Assembly: GCF_006345805.1 (NCBI RefSeq)
Contig: NC_042999.1
Coordinates: forward strand, 135,408,001 to 135,472,000
Source: Octopus sinensis
Taxonomy: Eukaryota
Length of the DNA: 64,000 nt
Direction: 5' to 3'
This document shows positions 63,111-64,000 of the stretch, piece after piece. The position numbers were made by a program, and so were the translations under genes. Numbering within the stretch: position 1 is the stretch's first letter; each line of letters starts with the position of its first letter. The notes under the pieces were generated by a model. That model did not search any database. It was not told the DNA's origin and saw only the letters and a list, made by a program, of their open reading frames with translations.

Positions 63111-64000
63111 GAAGAGAGTTGCTTCAGTTCACTAGTTGGGGATAACTGACAGTTACATTTTCCCTGGTGATGATTATGATGATGATGATGATGATGATGA
63201 TCCTTTCTACTATAGGCACAGGGCCTGAAATCTTGAGGAAGTGAGCTAGTCGATTACATCAACCCCAGTACTTGACTGGTAATTATTTCAACAAAATCGA
63301 AAGGAGGAAAGGCAAAGTCGATCTCAGCGGATTTTGAACTTACAACGTAAAAACGGACGAAATGCTGAGCAGCATGCCATCCATACAACAGCATCCACTA
63401 CACAGCTTCCTTCACCATAACTTCCTGGCAGAACTAAGAAAAACTACCCGCTCTTCTTTATCAAAAGAAGGCAGACCCACCCTGACCGTGGTAACAGCTA
63501 TTAGATATAAACCTACATTCCAGTAATGCACATACACTGAACGAGTATGTACCGGGCGATTTCGTCATCCTATTCGACTCTCAGACAAGTTTAGTAGCTA
63601 GCAGCTCCAAAACAATTATACCTATAGAGTTTATCTCAAACAGGCAAAGCATCCAATTCTCTTAATACAATAAATCCATTATCGCCGTCGCAATAACCAA
63701 TTAATAAAATAACAAACACAACAACTCTTCTGTATATCCGACATTCGACACAATAACACGGCAGTCTCCCCAACTCATACAACTCATGTTATACTCAATT
63801 GCCTCCATATATTATAATACAATAGACACAGCGCACAGACAAAGCACTGAAGTAACCCCAGAAACAACAAAAAAACGCCGCTAAGCATTTTCCCCGCCGT
63901 GCTAACGATTCTGCCAGCTCGCTACCTTGAGAAGGTTTCAAATTTTGGGATAAGGCCAAAAAGTTCGGTGGGGGGAGGCAAGTCGATTATATCGACCCCA

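Overview
AT-rich eukaryotic, repeat-dominated DNA. No host protein-coding gene, rRNA, true tRNA gene or CRISPR array can be supported. The repeat repertoire strongly suggests an octopus (coleoid cephalopod) intergenic or intronic region; this is inferred from recognising the repeats, not from a search. Contents: RTE, CR1/L2-like and R4/Dong-like LINE remnants, including one RTE copy with a 412-codon open RT fragment; abundant tRNA-derived SINEs; piggyBac- and hAT-type MITEs; a Merlin (IS1595-like) transposon nested in a mariner with a perfect 8-bp TSD; a DD37D/maT remnant; and many microsatellites. The most striking signal is about 10 type-I hammerhead ribozyme (HHR) motifs. Three follow Penelope-type GIY-YIG 3' ends on the same strand, and several sit in non-coding fold-back elements, two of which have 344- and 362-nt tandem units. 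The catalytic-core 3-8 base pair covaries among them (C-G, U-A in three unrelated families, A-U), and most have self-complementary helix III. HHR folds were read by eye. Element boundaries are approximate unless TSDs or TIRs are given.
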